32,179 bases of DNA from Nitrospirota bacterium (GCA_016214355.1 JACROO010000045.1:1-32179); one strand, 5' to 3'; shown: positions 18,620-28,796, counted from the first letter of the stretch. Numbers and translations are program-made. Notes: a model not told the origin generated them from the sequence alone.

Positions 18620-19066
18620 ATGAAAGTTATTTTAATGGAAAACGTTAAAAATCTTGGAGACATAGGCAGTGTGGTAAATGTAGCCAACGGCTATGCGAGA
18701 AACTATCTCATACCTAAAAATTTAGCCGCAGAGGCAAGCACCAAAAACATCAAAAAACTTGAGCACGAAAAAAAAATAATCCTTGAGAGGGCTAAAAAAG
18801 TTAAGAGTGCGGCAGAGAAGCTCGCAAGTAACGTAGCGGGCACCACAGTAATTATTGAGGCGCAGGCAGGTGAAGAGGATAAACTTTTCGGCTCTATCAC
18901 AAGCATGGATATCGCAGAAGCACTTGCAAAACAAGGGATGGAGATTGACAAACGCAAGATAATTATTGATGAGCCTATAAAACGGCTCGGCACCTATGCC
19001 GTCTCGGTTAAACTCTATCCCGAGGTAACGGCCAGCATAAATGTAGAAGTAAGGAGTAAGCAGTAA
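18620..19066 (+). CDS. rplI: 50S ribosomal protein L9
   Basis: MKVIL...GYARNYLIP, KLFGSIT, PIKRLG. Confidence 0.98.
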   Translation: MKVILMENVKNLGDIGSVVNVANGYARNYLIPKNLAAEASTKNIKKLEHEKKIILERAKKVKSAAEKLASNVAGTTVIIEAQAGEEDKLFGSITSMDIAEALAKQGMEIDKRKIIIDEPIKRLGTYAVSVKLYPEVTASINVEVRSKQ

Positions 19067-19073
19067 GCAGTAA

Positions 19074-19115
19074 ACCCCGTTAGAAATTCCAGCGGGGCAT
19101 TATTTCTAACGGGGT
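19074..19115. repeat. Second ACCCCGTTAGAAA...TTTCTAACGGGGT element, intergenic
   Basis: Same 13-bp terminal inverted repeat with a 16-bp spacer; preceded by AGCAGTA heptamers spanning the rplI stop. Confidence 0.85.
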
Positions 19116-19140
19116 AAACAGATTAGGATTTGGATAAAAC

Positions 19141-20487
19141 ATGAAAGGGCTTGACCTCTCAGTTGACCGTCTACCGCCTCAAAACGTTGAAGCAGAGCAG
19201 TCTATTCTGGGCGCAATCCTGCTTGAAAATGAAGCATTATCAGCAGCGATTGAAGTCCTCTCCTCTGATGATTTCTACAGGGAATCGCACAAAAAGATAT
19301 TCATTGGAATGCTTGACCTTTATGAGAGAAATGAACCTATTGATTTAATTACACTCACAGAACAGTTAAGCAGAAGGGGACATCTCGAAGAGATAGGCGG
19401 AGCCTCCTATCTCAGCTCTATTGTAAACATGGTGCCGACCTCTGCAAATATCAGATACCATTCAAAGATAGTAAAGGAAAAAGCCGTCTTAAGAAACCTT
19501 ATCAGGACCGCAACCGAGATTGTCTCTATGAGTTATGACGAAAACCTTGATGTCAGCGAACTATTAGACAGGGCTGAGACAAAAATCTTTTCTATATCTG
19601 AAAAAATGGTGAAAAGCTCCTTTGTCCATGTGAGGAACGTCGTAAAAGATACCATAGATTTTGTGGATAAGCTCTATAATAAAAAGGAGTATATAACAGG
19701 CCTTCCCACAGGCTTTACGGACCTTGATATGCTTACAACCGGATTTCACCCCGGCGAGTTAATAGTAATCGGCGCAAGGCCCGGCATGGGCAAGACCGCC
19801 TTCTGCCTAAATATTGCCTCACATGTCGGGATGGAAGTCAAAGTGCCTGTGGCACTTTTCAGCCTTGAGATGACAAAGGAGCTTATTGTCTTGAGAATGC
19901 TGTGTTCTGAGGCAGAGGTAGACTCCAAGAGCGTCCGTTCAGGTTATCACAGCAAGGAAGATTATAAAAAACTTGTAAATGCAGCAGGCAGGCTTGCAGA
20001 TGCCCCGATATACATAGATGACGCTTTCAATTCAGTACTGGAGATAAGGGCTAAGGCGCGCCGGCTTAAGGCTGAACACGGACTGGGACTTGTAATTATA
20101 GATTACTTACAGCTTATGAGAGGCAAGGGCTCACACATCCAGAGAGAACAGGCAGTCTCTCAAATATCCCGCTCATTAAAGGCGTTATCCAAGGACCTTT
20201 CCCTGCCTGTAATTGTAATCAGTCAGCTTAACAGGAGCTGCGAGCAGAGAGGGGAAGATAAACGGCCAATACTCGCCGACATGAGGGAATCGGGCGCAAT
20301 AGAGCAGGATGCAGATACAATATTATTCCTTTACAGGGGTGATTATTATAAGGCTAAAGATGCCAAAGAAGGCGTCACTGAATTGAATGTGGCTAAACAG
20401 AGGAACGGGCCAACCAGGGTAGTAGAGCTGACCTTTCTTGATAAATATACAAAATTCAAAAATTATACAGACAGAGAGGAGTTTTGA
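19141..20487 (+). CDS. dnaB: Replicative DNA helicase
   Basis: PPQNVEAEQ, ARPGMGKT, FSLEM, IDYLQL, SQLNR, RESGAIEQDAD, KQRNGP; no intein. Confidence 0.98.
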   Translation: MKGLDLSVDRLPPQNVEAEQSILGAILLENEALSAAIEVLSSDDFYRESHKKIFIGMLDLYERNEPIDLITLTEQLSRRGHLEEIGGASYLSSIVNMVPTSANIRYHSKIVKEKAVLRNLIRTATEIVSMSYDENLDVSELLDRAETKIFSISEKMVKSSFVHVRNVVKDTIDFVDKLYNKKEYITGLPTGFTDLDMLTTGFHPGELIVIGARPGMGKTAFCLNIASHVGMEVKVPVALFSLEMTKELIVLRMLCSEAEVDSKSVRSGYHSKEDYKKLVNAAGRLADAPIYIDDAFNSVLEIRAKARRLKAEHGLGLVIIDYLQLMRGKGSHIQREQAVSQISRSLKALSKDLSLPVIVISQLNRSCEQRGEDKRPILADMRESGAIEQDADTILFLYRGDYYKAKDAKEGVTELNVAKQRNGPTRVVELTFLDKYTKFKNYTDREEF

Positions 20488-20614
20488 AAAAACATTGCAA
20501 ACTGCAAAATTATCATTTTAAATTTTAAATGATAATTTTATATTGATAAATTTACAATGAATCAGTTGTCTATGAAAATTATTATTGCAGTCCATGTATC
20601 AAGCGATATTTTCC

Positions 20615-21415
20615 ATGAAGCGTAAGCCTGCGGTAGCAGGACAATTTTATTCAGGCTCATCTACAGGACTTTCAAAAGAAGTTCAGGGATATATTGAGAC
20701 ATCCGCAAAAGAAAAAGTTCTGGGTGCCGTCTCGCCGCACGCAGGGCTTATGTATTCAGGCACAGTAGCAGGCGCTGTTTATTCAAGGATTGAGTTTCCG
20801 CACACCTTTGTGCTCATCGGGCCCAATCACACAGGGATGGGCAGAGATGTATCTATAATGACATCAGGAGAATGGGATATGCCTACAGGCAGTTTAAAAA
20901 TAGACGAGGTCCTCGCAAAAAATATCACGGGTAAATCTAAAATCATAGAGGAAGACAGCAGCGCCCACTTGATGGAACATTCACTTGAGGTACAGATTCC
21001 ATTTATACTGCATTTTTCCTCAGATGTAATGATTGTGCCGATTACGATGATGGCGCACTCACATGATGCCTGCAAGGAAATCGGAGAAACACTGGCAGAT
21101 GCTGTCAGAAACACAAACTATCCGGTCACAATCGTTGCAAGTTCTGACATGACTCACTACGAGAGCGATGCAAAGGCAAGGATAAAGGATAAAAAAGCAA
21201 TTGACAGAATTTTAGACATTGACCCCGAAGGACTTTATAAAACCGTGGTCAAAGAGAGGATAAGCATGTGCGGCTTTGCACCTGCAACTGCAATGCTTTA
21301 TGCGGTTAAAAATTTAGGTGCCAAGAAAGCAGCCCTTGTGAAATATATGACATCGGGCGATGTCAGCGGCGACTACGAACGCGTCGTAGGGTATGCGGGG
21401 GTAATAATAAAATAA
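20615..21415 (+). CDS. amrB: AmmeMemoRadiSam system protein B (MEMO1 family)
   Basis: RKPAVAGQFY, PHAGLMYSG, GPNH, EHSLEVQ, SSDMTHY, SMCG, VVGYAG. Confidence 0.95.
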   Translation: MKRKPAVAGQFYSGSSTGLSKEVQGYIETSAKEKVLGAVSPHAGLMYSGTVAGAVYSRIEFPHTFVLIGPNHTGMGRDVSIMTSGEWDMPTGSLKIDEVLAKNITGKSKIIEEDSSAHLMEHSLEVQIPFILHFSSDVMIVPITMMAHSHDACKEIGETLADAVRNTNYPVTIVASSDMTHYESDAKARIKDKKAIDRILDIDPEGLYKTVVKERISMCGFAPATAMLYAVKNLGAKKAALVKYMTSGDVSGDYERVVGYAGVIIK

Positions 21416-21425
21416 AAATGCAAAA

Positions 21426-22436
21426 TTAAGGAACAACCACGACCTTTAATGACTCTTTTCCCTCTGAGACAAGCCTGAATCCCTGCTGTATCTCAGAAAA
21501 AGGAACCCTGTGTGTTATCATCTTCTCCGCATTGATGCTGCCGTTTTCAATCAGATTCATCGCCTCCTTAATGTCGTCTGGAGCGGCGCCGTATGAAAAT
21601 GCAATATTTATCTCATCTCTCCAAAACCTCACAGAAGGTATGGCAATGTCCGTATCAGGTACAGCAAAAAAAAGTACCGTGCCGTTTCTGTCAATAGAAG
21701 AAAATGCATCCTCCACAGCCTTCTTTGCACCTGCGCAGACAATGACTGCGTCTGCCAATTTGCCGCTGTTAACATCCTTTAATTTATCCTCAGAATAATC
21801 CTTTGCATTAAATACATAATCAGCGCCGAATTCAAACGCCTTATGTAATCTGTATTCATTAAGGTCTGTTGCAATTACCCTTGCGCCCCTAAGTTTGGCA
21901 AGCTGGATATGCAAAAGCCCTGAAATTCCAGAGCCGATTATAAGGACAGACTGCCCTTTTTTAAGCCTTATAATATCCTGTCCCCTTACCGCGCACCCTA
22001 AAGGCTCAATCATTGCTGCATTCTCATAAGTCATATCTTGAGGAAGCAGGAATGTCCCGTATTTTACATTTTCTTCAGGGACTCTTATAAATTCAGCGAA
22101 TCCTCCGGGGTCATAATTGCCGGCGTGCAATGCCTCACACGCAGTGTGCTTGCCGGCAAGACAATAACGGCATTGATAGCAGGGGACGTGATGAGATACA
22201 AATACCCTGTCGCCCTTTTTGAATTTTTCAACCCCCCCACCAACATCTGCGATTTTTCCTGCCATCTCATGACCAAGGACACGCGGGGCTTTTTTAATCC
22301 TGTACCACTGCATAACATCAGTTCCGCAGATGCCGGAGGCTTTCATCTTTACGAGTATCTCTCCACGGGAAAGAGGCGGGGCAGGGCGCTCCTCAATCCT
22401 CACGTCATTATTATTGTAATAGACTGCGACTTTCAT
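21426..22436 (-). CDS. Zn-dependent medium-chain dehydrogenase (sorbitol/iditol/threonine DH-like)
   Basis: GICGTD, LGHEMAG, CxxCxxCx7C, Rossmann GSGISG. Confidence 0.93.
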   Translation of the reverse strand: MKVAVYYNNNDVRIEERPAPPLSRGEILVKMKASGICGTDVMQWYRIKKAPRVLGHEMAGKIADVGGGVEKFKKGDRVFVSHHVPCYQCRYCLAGKHTACEALHAGNYDPGGFAEFIRVPEENVKYGTFLLPQDMTYENAAMIEPLGCAVRGQDIIRLKKGQSVLIIGSGISGLLHIQLAKLRGARVIATDLNEYRLHKAFEFGADYVFNAKDYSEDKLKDVNSGKLADAVIVCAGAKKAVEDAFSSIDRNGTVLFFAVPDTDIAIPSVRFWRDEINIAFSYGAAPDDIKEAMNLIENGSINAEKMITHRVPFSEIQQGFRLVSEGKESLKVVVVP

Positions 22437-22451
22437 TTAGCTGAAAAATTC

Positions 22452-22520
22452 ACTGCAAATTTAGCACTGCAAATTTAGCATTGCAAATTTGAAATGTGAA
22501 ATGATAATTTTGCAATTTAA
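22452..22520. repeat. AT-rich heptamer-based tandem/inverted repeat (TGCAAAT-like); relatives at 20494-20558 and 27890-27938
   Basis: actgcaaatttagc repeated, with a ttttgcaattt opposite arm. Confidence 0.65.
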
Positions 22521-22528
22521 ACTGTTTT

Positions 22529-23326
22529 TTATTTGGCTTCAACGGGCTGTTTTTTGGAACTTGAATATATTTCAAACGCCTCTTCTGCGGTAGCGCCTTT
22601 ATGCACAATTGCCCTTACTGCCTTAATCATACCTACAGGGTTGTCGCTCTGGAAGATGTTTCTTCCCATATCAACACCTGTTGCACCTTCTTTAATTGCG
22701 TTTTCCGTCATTTGCAGGGCTTCCATCTCAGGCAGTTTTTTGCCGCCGGCAATGACAATCGGGACAGGGCATCCTTCAACCACTTTATGAAAATCCTCGC
22801 AGTAGTATGTCTTGACCATGTGCGCACCTATCTCTGCTGCTATCCTGCATGCAAGCCCAATGTACCTCGCATCCCTTGCCATATCCTTGCCAACCGCAGT
22901 TATTGCCAGCACAGGCATTCCGTATTGTTGAGCCTCATTAACAAGCCTGCCGAGATTTGATATTGTCCTGTCCTCATTGCCCGCGCCAACGAAAATAGAC
23001 ATGCCGACTCCTGCTGCATTCAGCCTCAAAGCCTCTTCCATGGATACGATAACGTCCTCATTTGATAATTCTCCGAGAATACTCGGACCGCCGGAAACCC
23101 TCAGGCATATTGAAATATCAGTCCTTGGGTCAACACAGTTTCTTACTATGCCTCTTGTTACAAACAGACAGTCTGCATGGGGAATCAGCGGGGTGATTGA
23201 CTTCTTAATATCCTTCAGCCCGGTTGTCGGTCCCTGAAAGTACCCGTGGTCAACCGCAAGCATGACGGTCTTCCCTGACTTGGGGGGAATGATTTTTGAT
23301 AACCTATTTTTTAATCCAAAGTCCAT
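22529..23326 (-). CDS. lsrF: LsrF-like class I (DhnA family) aldolase/thiolase
   Basis: MDFGLKNRL start after AGGAGG; MLAVDHGYFQGPTTGL, VKTYY (Schiff-base Lys), IAGGKK, DMGRNIFQS. Confidence 0.9.
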   Translation of the reverse strand: MDFGLKNRLSKIIPPKSGKTVMLAVDHGYFQGPTTGLKDIKKSITPLIPHADCLFVTRGIVRNCVDPRTDISICLRVSGGPSILGELSNEDVIVSMEEALRLNAAGVGMSIFVGAGNEDRTISNLGRLVNEAQQYGMPVLAITAVGKDMARDARYIGLACRIAAEIGAHMVKTYYCEDFHKVVEGCPVPIVIAGGKKLPEMEALQMTENAIKEGATGVDMGRNIFQSDNPVGMIKAVRAIVHKGATAEEAFEIYSSSKKQPVEAK

Positions 23327-23359
23327 ATTAATCCTCCTTGAAAACAGCGATTTTCTTAA

Positions 23360-23389
23360 AGTATATAAAATAAAGCTATTGAGTGTCAA
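23360..23389 (-). promoter_or_regulatory. Sigma70-type promoter for lsrF-dehydrogenase
   Basis: Minus strand TTGACA-18 bp-TATACT. Confidence 0.55.
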
Positions 23390-23413
23390 AATCAGGGAAA
23401 AGGGGGACAGATT

Positions 23414-24442
23414 TTAACGCCACTGGCTCTGAATATCATACGTCCCGTGCTTCCTGAAATTCCTTTTAAGCCTATTCAAATCATCGCCGGCAAGCCCTTC
23501 AAGGGAATACTCGCCCAGTCCCTCTTTTTGCAGATAATAAAGATACCCTATATCCTCCGGCTCAATACCAAGGAGGCGTGCACCAACTCCGTCGGCTTTG
23601 ATGGGGTCGGCTGAGGCTATGGCAATTTTCATATCAACGGCAGTGCCGTCCACCGGTCCGTCGCCTTCCATGCAGATAAAACCGTCAAGGACAACCAGAG
23701 CAGGCCAGACCTTTTTGGCAAGTTCAGTAATGTTGTGGTGAATCATCTTTACGCTTTTTCTATAACCTTTATATTGCCTGAACATAAAATTGATGAACCA
23801 GTTTGGAAGCAGTCTTCTTGCCTTTGAGACTGTGCCGGGCGGTAGTTTATCAAGAAATGTCTTGGGCGCATCCACTTCAATGCCTCCTTTCATACCGTGA
23901 ATCATTGCCATATCCTGCCTCATTACAAGCCCTGCCATATTCTTTATCCCGAAGGTTGCCATTGCAAAGTTGTGTGTCTTGGGAATAGCCAGTGAAATTT
24001 TGTAGTCGTATTGTTCAGCACGTTTTGTAATCCTTAGGCGCGCGTCTCCTATAATTGAGTGAATGTGGCTGTAAATGAAATCTTTATCGTCGTCAAATGC
24101 AGTCAGCCTGACATTATCGTATTTCTTCTCAAGCCGATAGTAATCAAAATCCCTGAAAACATCTGTCGTTGGAAGCCTGTTGTAAAAAGCTGTGGCAGAA
24201 GCCTCGCCGACAGTGATTGGCGTGTCCGGAATAATTCCCCTGATAAACTCAATAACCGCTTCTATTGCCTCAACATGGGTATTGGCAAAGTCAGGCTTAA
24301 GGGCAACAAGGTTGGGTTTAATAAGGATATTCTTTGCACCTGTTATCGGTTCAAGGTCTTCGCGGATTAAAGTCAGACACTTTTTAATATTTTCTTTGCG
24401 GTTTTCTCCTTTTACAAGGGCAACTTTCTTTTTATGGTTCAT
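23414..24442 (-). CDS. DUF362 domain protein
   Basis: LIKPNLV, VGEAS, PKTH, GIKNM, DGFICMEGDGP, SADPIKAD. Confidence 0.88.
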   Translation of the reverse strand: MNHKKKVALVKGENRKENIKKCLTLIREDLEPITGAKNILIKPNLVALKPDFANTHVEAIEAVIEFIRGIIPDTPITVGEASATAFYNRLPTTDVFRDFDYYRLEKKYDNVRLTAFDDDKDFIYSHIHSIIGDARLRITKRAEQYDYKISLAIPKTHNFAMATFGIKNMAGLVMRQDMAMIHGMKGGIEVDAPKTFLDKLPPGTVSKARRLLPNWFINFMFRQYKGYRKSVKMIHHNITELAKKVWPALVVLDGFICMEGDGPVDGTAVDMKIAIASADPIKADGVGARLLGIEPEDIGYLYYLQKEGLGEYSLEGLAGDDLNRLKRNFRKHGTYDIQSQWR

Positions 24443-24464
24443 AATGTCCCTCCATAAAGTACTT

Positions 24465-24552
24465 TGTCATTCCTGCGGAAGCAGGAATCCATGGCTTTGT
24501 CATGCTGAATTTATTTCAGCATCTCTGTATTCCCGCCTTAGCGGGAATGACA
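24465..24552. repeat. REP-like palindromic element TGTCATTCCTGCGGAAGCAGGAATCC...ATTCCCGCCTTAGCGGGAATGACA with an internal third hairpin
   Basis: Paired terminal hairpins; inner tgtcatgctgaatttatttcagcat. Confidence 0.85.
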
Positions 24553-24571
24553 TTTTCACGCAGGATTCAGG

Positions 24572-27500
24572 TTAAAAACTCGCCCTTTCCCTCACATACT
24601 CAAACGACCTGTCGTTAAACCACCTGTCAAGCTGAGACGGCTCTTTCAACTGCTGGCCCCGGTATCTTGGGACTGCAACATAGCTTATCTTTAAATCTTT
24701 CAGGCGGGTCATGTCCCCCCATAGTTTCTCAAATTGTGCTACGGGATAAACATCTTCCTGTCCTGAACCCCATACATACTTCACATTCTTGATGGTTACA
24801 TATGTCGGCATCCTTTTTTCAATATGCTGAATTGCCTCAAGTATCCTGTCGTTCTTCGCGGAATCCTTCTCAGCATCTATGATTAAACCTCTGTCAAGAC
24901 CAAAAAACTCAAGAAGACTATCTATCGTAATCCAGTTTGTAAGGGTATTATAATAACTTAACATATACTCATCCTCTTCCCGTGGAAGTGCTAATCCTTC
25001 TATAAGCTGGATATACCCGTTTATCTTTGCCAATCCGCCGCCTCTGTCTTCAATCCGCCTGGGGGTCACCTCAAATGACAGGCAGGATTGATTTGAAATG
25101 TGCATACCGAGAATCGCAGGTTCAATATCAGCGCCCATTGTATCAATATTGTGGCAGAAGAGATATTTAAGGCAGGGGTTCTCTTTAATTATTCCGGACA
25201 GGACGCCATTTTTTATAAGATTCGGAATTTCATACCAGTGACCGGGGGGATTGAACCTCAGTATGGGCTTATTTTCTGAATAATCTTCTCCTTCCCCTTT
25301 GGATTTTGTCCACTCAATCAATGCCCTGTGGATATTTTCCTGCAGTTTCTGGGTGTTTTCGTCTAATTTTTGCTGAAGCTGGTCTTCCCACAGAAAACGC
25401 AGGTCCCTCTCATTAGGATAAACCCTGTGTCCTATACTCTTGCCCAGAGACAAATATATCCTTGCCCTGTCGCCAAAATAATTAAACCTCTTCAGATAGT
25501 TATCAATGGCGACGTGAGTCAGGTAACTTGTTGTGATTACATGAGGTATCTTATATCCGGATACCCTTCCTGTTTTTCTGCTTTTAGCAAGATGGATTTC
25601 CATGAAAGTCCGGAATTTTCCCTCCATCTTTACAAAGGGGTTTATCGGTTTAACAACCGCTGCCCCTTCGGTCCATCTGCTGCCCATGCCTCCGGCAAAA
25701 GTCACAACTGCGGCCTCATTTCTTTTTAATGACTCCATTCCCGATTTATAAGAATCTCCGTTAGATTTGTCCTTTTCAAAATGGGAAACTTCGTTATCAC
25801 TGACGTCCTCAAGTTTAGTGGTTACAGGCAGCCTGTTCCTTGACAGGCCAATTTCTCCCTGCCTAAGAAGGGTCTTCATATGCTCGTGGGATTTGGAGTC
25901 AAATCCGTATTCCCTCTTAATCCATTTTTCGTTAAGAAATTTTTTAGTCCCGGAAGCAGAATCTTTATCATCCTGTATCTTAGAACTCTCAGGCATCTTT
26001 GCATCTTCGCCGGCTAATAACCGGGCAGAGTTGCCATCATGATTGAAGTCAAAGTCATATACCAGCGGGTCAATGGTAAAAGGAAGGGAATAATTATATA
26101 AATTCTTCAGCTCAGACATAATCTCAACTACCCTCTTTTTAAATTTTTCTTTGATTTCAGGTTTTATAATAAATGCCATTCCGCTGCCTGACATTCCGCC
26201 TAACATCAGGAAACCCCAGTAGTCTTCTTTGAATTCTTTTTTAACATTGTTAATCAGGTCTTCTGTAAATGCATTATTTGCCCATGGAATAATCTGCTGT
26301 ATTGGTCCTTCCCAGTCCTCTGTCGTAAGCCTGCCGAGTTCTTTCAGATTTCCCTGCGCGAGGGCATCAGTAATCTTGTCAAACAGATGAATCCCCCTTA
26401 TCCTTGCGTTCCATTCCTTTTCGTATCTCAGCAGATATTTCTCAGTGACCATTTCCAGAATCGGACCGACATTCTGAGAAATTCCTCCGTGAACAAGAAC
26501 CACAGAATTTATTATCTTATCTTCAACCCCCTGCGGTACATCGGTACGGGAGAATAAACTGTGATTGGGAAGCAGGCATCCTCTGCTGACACCGAATTCA
26601 GGAGTCCCAATCGTAGCTGCTTCACCCGTAATTATTTTTATCCCTGGCCATAATCCGCCTGAATCCTGCCATCCGCCGCCAGAGCCGCCAAGCCACTCCC
26701 CAAGTATTGCACGTGAAGCCGCTATCCGCCGTTCCTCTTCTGTCAGTAAACCCGTCTGACTCTTAGTCTGTCCGCTGAACCTCATCAAGCAGGTTATGAT
26801 TGTTGCCAGAAGTGTTGTGCTTACAGCAAGCCGCGACCCTTTCGGAATATCGTTTACCCTGCTTACAACTTCTATACCGCCCGGTTTATTCAGTAATTTT
26901 TTCAGGATATCTTTTAATTCAATATTTTTGTTTTCAAAAGAGGGCGGTACAATTCCTGATGCCACAACGCCTGCCTTTAATAATGAGAGGTAGTCATTTC
27001 CGAAATTAAATAACTCCAGAAGCGAAGATATTTTCTTTGATGTATTTAAATCAATAGACCTGAGGGATATAACAGGTTCTTCAATAAACCTGCAGTAACA
27101 CTCACACGGCGGTTTAACAGTCCCTTCATCGCCGCTAACCTTAAGATTAACAGAGATATTGACAACCCGTGCACCTTCAGGAAAGTCCATCCCGAGAAAA
27201 AATATGTCAGACCATCCGCTGTGTGAAGGATCTAATCTGACAGGCGTGGCATCCATTCCAACAGGGTATAAACCTGTCCCGGCATCCGGGATTGTCAATT
27301 CCGGCAGGACGGAATATGGATAATTTTCCAAACCATGCGTATTAAAGAGATAAAAGTTTTCATTGCATTGACTGATAGACAGTCTTACCTGGTCAACTAA
27401 ATATTTAAAGGCTAACTGATAATAAGAATGGGCAATTGCACTGCAGACAGCACCATTAAGGTTTCTATTTTTCATTACATCCTTCAGGTAAATATTTATT

Positions 27501-27787
27501 GATTCTTCAAAATTCCTGTCAAGCGCAGCCTTTACGCCTTCAAACGGAATCCTGCCCTCTGGTTTTATCTCTTTATTTTCCTGAAGATAAAACCTGTAAA
27601 TGACAAAAAGGAACAGCGATGCACGCACCTTATGATACAGATTGTTAACTGTCTTTCTAAAATCCTCAAGTTCTTCCGCTGATTTCAGAAGTTCGTCTGT
27701 ATTTTTATTTTTCAGCAGGGAGTCAATGGAACGGTTGCGGAGAGAGATGTCTTCGCTGGTTATTGTTTCAATAAGTTCATTTATCAT
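24572..27787 (-). CDS. Fusion of a GHMP (fucokinase-like) sugar kinase and a UDPGP-family sugar-1-phosphate nucleotidyltransferase
   Basis: N-terminal half: PVRLD...GWSD, IPKGSRLAVS, GGGWQD, LGGMSGSG. C-terminal half: FAGGMGSRW...K, NPPGHW, HNIDT, RGGG, QFEK. Confidence 0.8.
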   Translation of the reverse strand: MINELIETITSEDISLRNRSIDSLLKNKNTDELLKSAEELEDFRKTVNNLYHKVRASLFLFVIYRFYLQENKEIKPEGRIPFEGVKAALDRNFEESINIYLKDVMKNRNLNGAVCSAIAHSYYQLAFKYLVDQVRLSISQCNENFYLFNTHGLENYPYSVLPELTIPDAGTGLYPVGMDATPVRLDPSHSGWSDIFFLGMDFPEGARVVNISVNLKVSGDEGTVKPPCECYCRFIEEPVISLRSIDLNTSKKISSLLELFNFGNDYLSLLKAGVVASGIVPPSFENKNIELKDILKKLLNKPGGIEVVSRVNDIPKGSRLAVSTTLLATIITCLMRFSGQTKSQTGLLTEEERRIAASRAILGEWLGGSGGGWQDSGGLWPGIKIITGEAATIGTPEFGVSRGCLLPNHSLFSRTDVPQGVEDKIINSVVLVHGGISQNVGPILEMVTEKYLLRYEKEWNARIRGIHLFDKITDALAQGNLKELGRLTTEDWEGPIQQIIPWANNAFTEDLINNVKKEFKEDYWGFLMLGGMSGSGMAFIIKPEIKEKFKKRVVEIMSELKNLYNYSLPFTIDPLVYDFDFNHDGNSARLLAGEDAKMPESSKIQDDKDSASGTKKFLNEKWIKREYGFDSKSHEHMKTLLRQGEIGLSRNRLPVTTKLEDVSDNEVSHFEKDKSNGDSYKSGMESLKRNEAAVVTFAGGMGSRWTEGAAVVKPINPFVKMEGKFRTFMEIHLAKSRKTGRVSGYKIPHVITTSYLTHVAIDNYLKRFNYFGDRARIYLSLGKSIGHRVYPNERDLRFLWEDQLQQKLDENTQKLQENIHRALIEWTKSKGEGEDYSENKPILRFNPPGHWYEIPNLIKNGVLSGIIKENPCLKYLFCHNIDTMGADIEPAILGMHISNQSCLSFEVTPRRIEDRGGGLAKINGYIQLIEGLALPREEDEYMLSYYNTLTNWITIDSLLEFFGLDRGLIIDAEKDSAKNDRILEAIQHIEKRMPTYVTIKNVKYVWGSGQEDVYPVAQFEKLWGDMTRLKDLKISYVAVPRYRGQQLKEPSQLDRWFNDRSFEYVRERASF

Positions 27788-28037
27788 TCTTGGTTTATAT
27801 TATAACCATGCAGTTCTTTGGTAGGCAAGTTGTTAGTTTGCGTCCATCTCCAAAAAAGTTGGGATAATCTTAATTCAAAGAATCAAGTAAAAGTTAGCAG
27901 TTAACAATTATCATTTTAAATTGCTAAATGCTAACTTTGACCTTATATCTGCTCCCTTGCCATGAGAACAAATCCTTTTGACCCATCTGCATCACCGGTA
28001 GTGAAATGAGGATACTTTTGCAAAGAGTCAAAACCGT

Positions 28038-28364
28038 TTAAGACAGATTTTTTACAAATTCCCTGTACCTTAAAGGCGGGTCTATAATCTCCATACCAAT
28101 TGTGGTTGTTATGTCATCAGGCGGAGAGTTGTGATATGACCATCTGACAGCACAATTAAGATTAATCGTGTCTCCTGAAGAGAGTTCAAACTTCAGGTCA
28201 ATAGGCGTACCCGGGAAAAATTCAATTATTGACTCTGCAGGCACAGTTATTATCTGAATACCGTGCTCTGAAATATTCTCTATAAACACTGCACGGTTTT
28301 CATCGCCTGAGATGCGCTCAGCCTTCAGATAAACCTTTTTTCTTTCAAAACGTCTTTTTTCCAT
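28038..28364 (-). CDS. PilZ domain (c-di-GMP-binding) protein
   Basis: RRFER (RxxxR) and NISEHG ((D/N)xSxxG) motifs, VRW, GMEI. Confidence 0.9.
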   Translation of the reverse strand: MEKRRFERKKVYLKAERISGDENRAVFIENISEHGIQIITVPAESIIEFFPGTPIDLKFELSSGDTINLNCAVRWSYHNSPPDDITTTIGMEIIDPPLRYREFVKNLS

Positions 28365-28535
28365 CGGGGAGATTTTACCATCAAAGAAAGAAAAATTAAA
28401 GCAAAAAATCAGTAGTGATGTCTAACATTCTGCCAAACCACTACAATATTGTCATCCCCGCTTCCAGAGTTAATAGTCTTTTAGTTATCATATAAATTAA
28501 AATAACATCTACATTGTTTTTAGAGAAACAGCGGC

Positions 28536-28571
28536 ATGAGTAAAAAATTCCATATACATACATTTGGCTGA
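28536..28571 (+). pseudogene. miaB: Stranded original 5' end of miaB (left junction of island)
   Basis: ATG AGT AAA AAA TTC CAT ATA CAT ACA TTT GGC TG|A = MSKKFHIHTFG; joining at TG to 31195 restores TFGCQMN. Confidence 0.72.
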
Positions 28572-28732
28572 CCCTTGGGCTGTCCTCTACAAATTGTTTA
28601 AACCATTCTTTTTTACCGCTTTTAAATCAGAATTAGCATTTTAAATAAAAACAACCCACACCAACGGCTTTGGTCTGCCTTACCTGCCTGCAAGTCAGGA
28701 AAGGTGGCCTGCTTCCCCCTATAAAAAAATCG

Positions 28733-28788
28733 TTGACATAATCGTATAAAATATATATACTTATTGACAAGTAGTAAGAGATTATACG
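28733..28788 (+). promoter_or_regulatory. abiE promoter with overlapping inverted-repeat operator
   Basis: TTGACA(28733)-17 bp-TATACT(28756); imperfect 20-bp inverted repeat 28743-28762 / 28769-28788 (14/20). Confidence 0.7.
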
Positions 28789-28796
28789 GAGGTTAA

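Noticed and set aside
19141-20487. Intein in DnaB
   Set aside because: The length is normal (448 aa) and the motifs are contiguous.
720-27824. Many short antisense or alternate-frame ORFs in the track (e.g. 6115-6621, 7889-8431, 16525-16965, 22038-22478)
   Set aside because: They are shadows of well-supported genes and have no recognisable motifs.
27944-28020. Minus-strand peptide KYPHFTTGDADGSKGFVLMAREQI*, possibly a gene remnant
   Set aside because: It has no convincing start and I cannot assign a family.
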